From: an uncultured Collinsella sp. | GTDB lineage: Bacteria > Actinomycetota > Coriobacteriia > Coriobacteriales > Coriobacteriaceae | NCBI GenBank assembly: GCA_900540985.1 | Contig: UQIC01000007.1 | Span: 1,773-65,772 of the forward strand | Reading direction: 5' to 3' | DNA: 64,000 nt | Part shown: positions 60,857 to 64,000 of the stretch, piece by piece | Layout of the letters: each line of letters opens with the position of its first letter | Numbering within the stretch: position 1 is the stretch's first letter | The notes under the pieces: model-generated | The model's database searches: none | What the model saw: the letters and a program-made list of their open reading frames with translations, nothing else | What the model was told of the DNA's origin: nothing | Position numbers and translations under genes: made by a program

Positions 60857-63800
60857 CTAGCGCTTCTTTGGGATCGACCTAAGGCGAGCGAACCATAGGG
60901 CTGCGGCACCCGAGGTCAGGAGCGCGGTGATGCAAGCGGCGATGGGAACTGATCCTGTTGCCGGTAGGTCCTGCGGTAGGGTACAGCGTTGAATGACGCT
61001 GTCCTCGTCATGTGACTCAAGTTTATCGCCGCCACCGTTGCGGCAAAGATCGACGCGCGCGCTGTTGGTGAGTGCGGTTTGGGGCGTATAAGCCGACGTT
61101 GCCTGCATGTGTACGACTGCGCCCCGAGCGTCTGTGCCAAGGATTGCTTTGGCATCGTCAAGGTCGTCGTGCTCATCTTTGAGATCATCGCGGGTCCAAG
61201 AATCCGCATCGCTTCGAGTCGTAAAGTCGGCGGCTACCGCACCGTATTCAATTCGAATGCCTGTTACGACGGTATTGGATGCAAGGTCGAGCTCTTCCGC
61301 CTCGAGTGTGGTGGATTCCGTGGTCGAGACATCCGCCTTCCAGAGGCGCCAGCCGTCGTAATCGACGAGGCGGCAGTCCTCACCAAGGCTCTCTTTTACT
61401 TCGTCGGACTCAAGCCAAGGATTTTCGTGTCCATCGTCAAGTGTCGCGTTCGCCGGCTCATCGACGTCTGTCGAGTCCAACGGCGTCGTGCGATACCACA
61501 CGTTGCACAGACCGTTGAGGTCGCCGATGGCGACGGGGGTTTCGATTGAGATGAATCTCGCCGTGCCGTCTTTGGCGCACTCAAGATCATCGGTAATCGT
61601 AAACTCATCAACCCAAGTAGCGGAATCGTTTCGAGCATCGATGGTATAGGAGAAAAGCCCATCACTATTGGTTTGCGTCGTGGCGCGGTTTTTACCATCG
61701 CCGTTAGCCAACAGGCCTTTTTCGATAGGTTGGACAAGTTCCTGACGCTTGTCGACCTGTCCCTTGATCTCGATGGGCGCATCCTTCATCGCGACGGGTT
61801 GGACATCTCCCGTATCCTTTATTTCAAACGTTATCTCCTCGGCAAGGTCATAGGTCCGCGGAGACATCATTTCGCGCAACGAGTAGGTGCCGGGTGCAAG
61901 ATGTTCGACGCGGTGCGGCTTGTCGGATGAGGTCCAGGAGTCTATTTCGGTTTTATCGGGACCATATAAGGTGAGTTGTGCGCCTTCCACTTCCTGCTCA
62001 CCGCTTGCATCGACCTTGGAGATATCAACCTTGGTGTAATCGTCGGATACGTTAAGCCGTGCTTCTACGACGGGTGTTTTCTGGTCGGCATAAGTAAGGT
62101 CGACAATATGGGATGTCCGATCGAGTAAAAAGCCTGCCGGCGCTTGAGTCTCGACGACCTCGTAGCGTGCGGTGCCAGATCCCAGCGGGAGGTTGTCCGC
62201 GCGTGCTTCTCCAGTTTCATCCGACGTGACGGTCGCGACGGTCTCACCGTCGAGCGCGGCAATGCTACCGTCGGGGCGCACGATATCACCCGAGGCACGG
62301 ATCTCAAAGACGGCGCCCGCGAGGCTGCTGCCGTCTATGGCATCGGTTTTAACGATCCTGATGTTTCCGGTCGCGGCGTGGTCATAATACGAGGCGATTG
62401 CAACGGGCGTTAGGTTCATGTCGGCGGGTATGTTTACCTCGATTTCTTCGCCGACAAGATAGGGCTCTTTGGCCGAGGTTTCGCGTACATAATAGGTGCC
62501 CGGTACGAGCGATTCGGGCAGTGTGACGGTCCCGGTCGCGTCAGTCGTAAAGGTGTCCATTACGTTATGTGCTGGATACCAGCAAGTTTGTGAGACAGGT
62601 TCGTGATTGCTGTCGAGGAGTTGGAAGGTGAATCCGGCTAGTGGAACAGAAGCGCCTGTTTGGGCATCGCGTTTTACAATCTGGAGATGCGTCGACAGAG
62701 CGTGGTTATCCACGATATATTGAAGCTCGGCGCCGTTGGAAATCTGATTGGCCCCGACGGTCCATTCCCCTGCACGTTTAAAACCCTCGGGGACGGTTTC
62801 CGGAACCTCGCGAACCGTGTAGCCGGCACGGTCGTATGGGACGGCTCCGTGGACACCGGCGGGTCGCTTACCTGTGCCGAACCATGCTTCGGGCTGGTCT
62901 TTGGTGGAGGCAAAGCCATAGATGTTTGTGGTCAGTGTGCCAACAACCTGCTGAGAGCTGTTGCTGACAACCTCAAAGACAACACCACCCGCCGGCTGCT
63001 CCAGGCCGGATTGGTCGCTATTGCCGTAATCCTTGAATTTGGAAATCTCAAGGTCAAACGCAATGGAGATATCGGAAATGCGAGATTCGATCTCGACCAC
63101 GCCTGAATCGCCGAGCTGGTCGGCTCCAACGGTATAGGTCCAGCTGTCGTTGGATGGCAGGTAGCCCTCGGGGGCTTTTGATTCGTAGATGGTAAAGGTT
63201 CCTAAGGGGACATCGGCGAGGGTGGCCCGACCGCTTTCGTCGGTCGTGAGGATTTGCGCCCATCCAGGGGTTGATTGCGACACACACGTGAACTCTGCTC
63301 CTGCGAGTGAAGATCCCGCCTGGGGGCCGGCATTCGTCGCGGCATCGAGTTTTACGATATGCAGGTTGATGATGCCGGGCTGTTCATCAATGGCGACCTG
63401 TCCACCGTCATTCCCCGTGGTAAAGGCGATGCGATCACGACGGGGGACATAGCCGGCCGGCGCCTTCGTTTCAACTAGGTAGTATGCAGTGTTGGGCAGA
63501 AGAGTTGCTTGCGCCCGACCGTTGCTGTCCATCTGGATGGTGCCGACACGCGCGCCGCTGGCGCTCTCAAAAATATCGAATGTTGCCCCGCCAAACTGAT
63601 AAGTATTGTTTCCGCTGGTAATGGCAGCGTTTGCAGACTGCTTTTGGAAGGAAACAGAGACCGCCGGCAGTACATAGAGCATGTCCTGACGTTTGCTGCC
63701 GCCCGATACGGCTCCTAGATAGCGTCGCGCGCGGTGCGGAGCGGCTTTGATGTTTCCTGATTTTGCGCTGTCGTGGAGCCACCGCGCCGCCGCCACGACT

Positions 63801-64000
63801 TCATTGTCAGCGGTAAAGTGCCCACTCTTGGTTTTGCCCTGAGCGGTCGTGTAAGAGTAAGTACCGTCGACATGGGTAGTGCCGTTGAGCATCCATACGG
63901 CAAGCTGGGTTGCGGCGCGGGCGCGATCGGGTGAAAGATGGTAACCGCCAAACGACGTGGCGGTAGGATATCCGTGACAAACGATTGCCGCGAACTCGTC
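60857..64000 (-). CDS. LPxTG cell-wall-anchored adhesin with TQXA thioester-domain motif and multiple Cna B/SpaA-type isopeptide repeats (5' partial)
   Basis: C-terminal LPATG followed by a hydrophobic stretch and RLRSIPKKR. At least six repeats of the ...GTY.V.E...P.GY... prealbumin-like fold type. The reading frame stays open to the window edge. ATQLAVW sits near the N-terminus. Confidence 0.8.
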   Translation of the reverse strand, partial: DEFAAIVCHGYPTATSFGGYHLSPDRARAATQLAVWMLNGTTHVDGTYSYTTAQGKTKSGHFTADNEVVAAARWLHDSAKSGNIKAAPHRARRYLGAVSGGSKRQDMLYVLPAVSVSFQKQSANAAITSGNNTYQFGGATFDIFESASGARVGTIQMDSNGRAQATLLPNTAYYLVETKAPAGYVPRRDRIAFTTGNDGGQVAIDEQPGIINLHIVKLDAATNAGPQAGSSLAGAEFTCVSQSTPGWAQILTTDESGRATLADVPLGTFTIYESKAPEGYLPSNDSWTYTVGADQLGDSGVVEIESRISDISIAFDLEISKFKDYGNSDQSGLEQPAGGVVFEVVSNSSQQVVGTLTTNIYGFASTKDQPEAWFGTGKRPAGVHGAVPYDRAGYTVREVPETVPEGFKRAGEWTVGANQISNGAELQYIVDNHALSTHLQIVKRDAQTGASVPLAGFTFQLLDSNHEPVSQTCWYPAHNVMDTFTTDATGTVTLPESLVPGTYYVRETSAKEPYLVGEEIEVNIPADMNLTPVAIASYYDHAATGNIRIVKTDAIDGSSLAGAVFEIRASGDIVRPDGSIAALDGETVATVTSDETGEARADNLPLGSGTARYEVVETQAPAGFLLDRTSHIVDLTYADQKTPVVEARLNVSDDYTKVDISKVDASGEQEVEGAQLTLYGPDKTEIDSWTSSDKPHRVEHLAPGTYSLREMMSPRTYDLAEEITFEIKDTGDVQPVAMKDAPIEIKGQVDKRQELVQPIEKGLLANGDGKNRATTQTNSDGLFSYTIDARNDSATWVDEFTITDDLECAKDGTARFISIETPVAIGDLNGLCNVWYRTTPLDSTDVDEPANATLDDGHENPWLESDEVKESLGEDCRLVDYDGWRLWKADVSTTESTTLEAEELDLASNTVVTGIRIEYGAVAADFTTRSDADSWTRDDLKDEHDDLDDAKAILGTDARGAVVHMQATSAYTPQTALTNSARVDLCRNGGGDKLESHDEDSVIQRCTLPQDLPATGSVPIAACITALLTSGAAALWFARLRSIPKKR

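Overview
High-GC (about 60-65%) chromosomal segment spanning the replication origin region of a Gram-positive actinobacterium. Gene content suggests a Coriobacteriia-like anaerobe; that is an inference, not a database result. The core is the canonical origin locus: gyrA, gyrB, a DUF721 (DciA-like) gene, recF, dnaN and dnaA on the minus strand, then rpmH-rnpA-yidD-yidC-jag-rsmG-parA-parB on the plus strand, followed by rlmN, ddl, a DinG-like exonuclease-helicase and a PafBC-like pair of WYL regulators. DnaA-box clusters and an AT-rich DUE sit on both sides of dnaA. Four parS palindromes surround parAB. The left half carries metabolic and accessory genes. These are two ABC-2 permeases with an OmpR/histidine-kinase two-component system, guaA, a type I asparaginase, ychF, a GH4 6-phospho-glucosidase with a PTS EIICB and a divergent Zn-ADH plus GntR regulator. 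Then come a glycerol dehydrogenase locus with a decayed paralog, a fused MurT-GatD lipid II amidotransferase, tRNA-Glu, a type III glutamine synthetase, metF with a split methionine synthase, and a UPF0210 gene. The main non-routine observations are as follows. (1) A GHKL ATPase, Q/Y/P-rich low-complexity region and winged HTH are combined in one gene inserted between dnaA and its upstream DnaA-box cluster. (2) The rsmG-parA-parB block has a GC content about 15-20 points below its surroundings, lies on the distal side of three perfect parS sites, and is bracketed by two copies of a 12-bp palindrome. (3) A short interspersed repeat element with a 16-bp direct repeat lies next to tRNA-Glu, followed by a tRNA-like fragment and an AT-rich gap. 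(4) A degenerate M28 peptidase-like membrane protein carries a roughly 600-aa acidic insertion. (5) An LPxTG adhesin has a TQXA thioester motif. Several long antisense ORFs in the track are GC-frame artefacts and were rejected.
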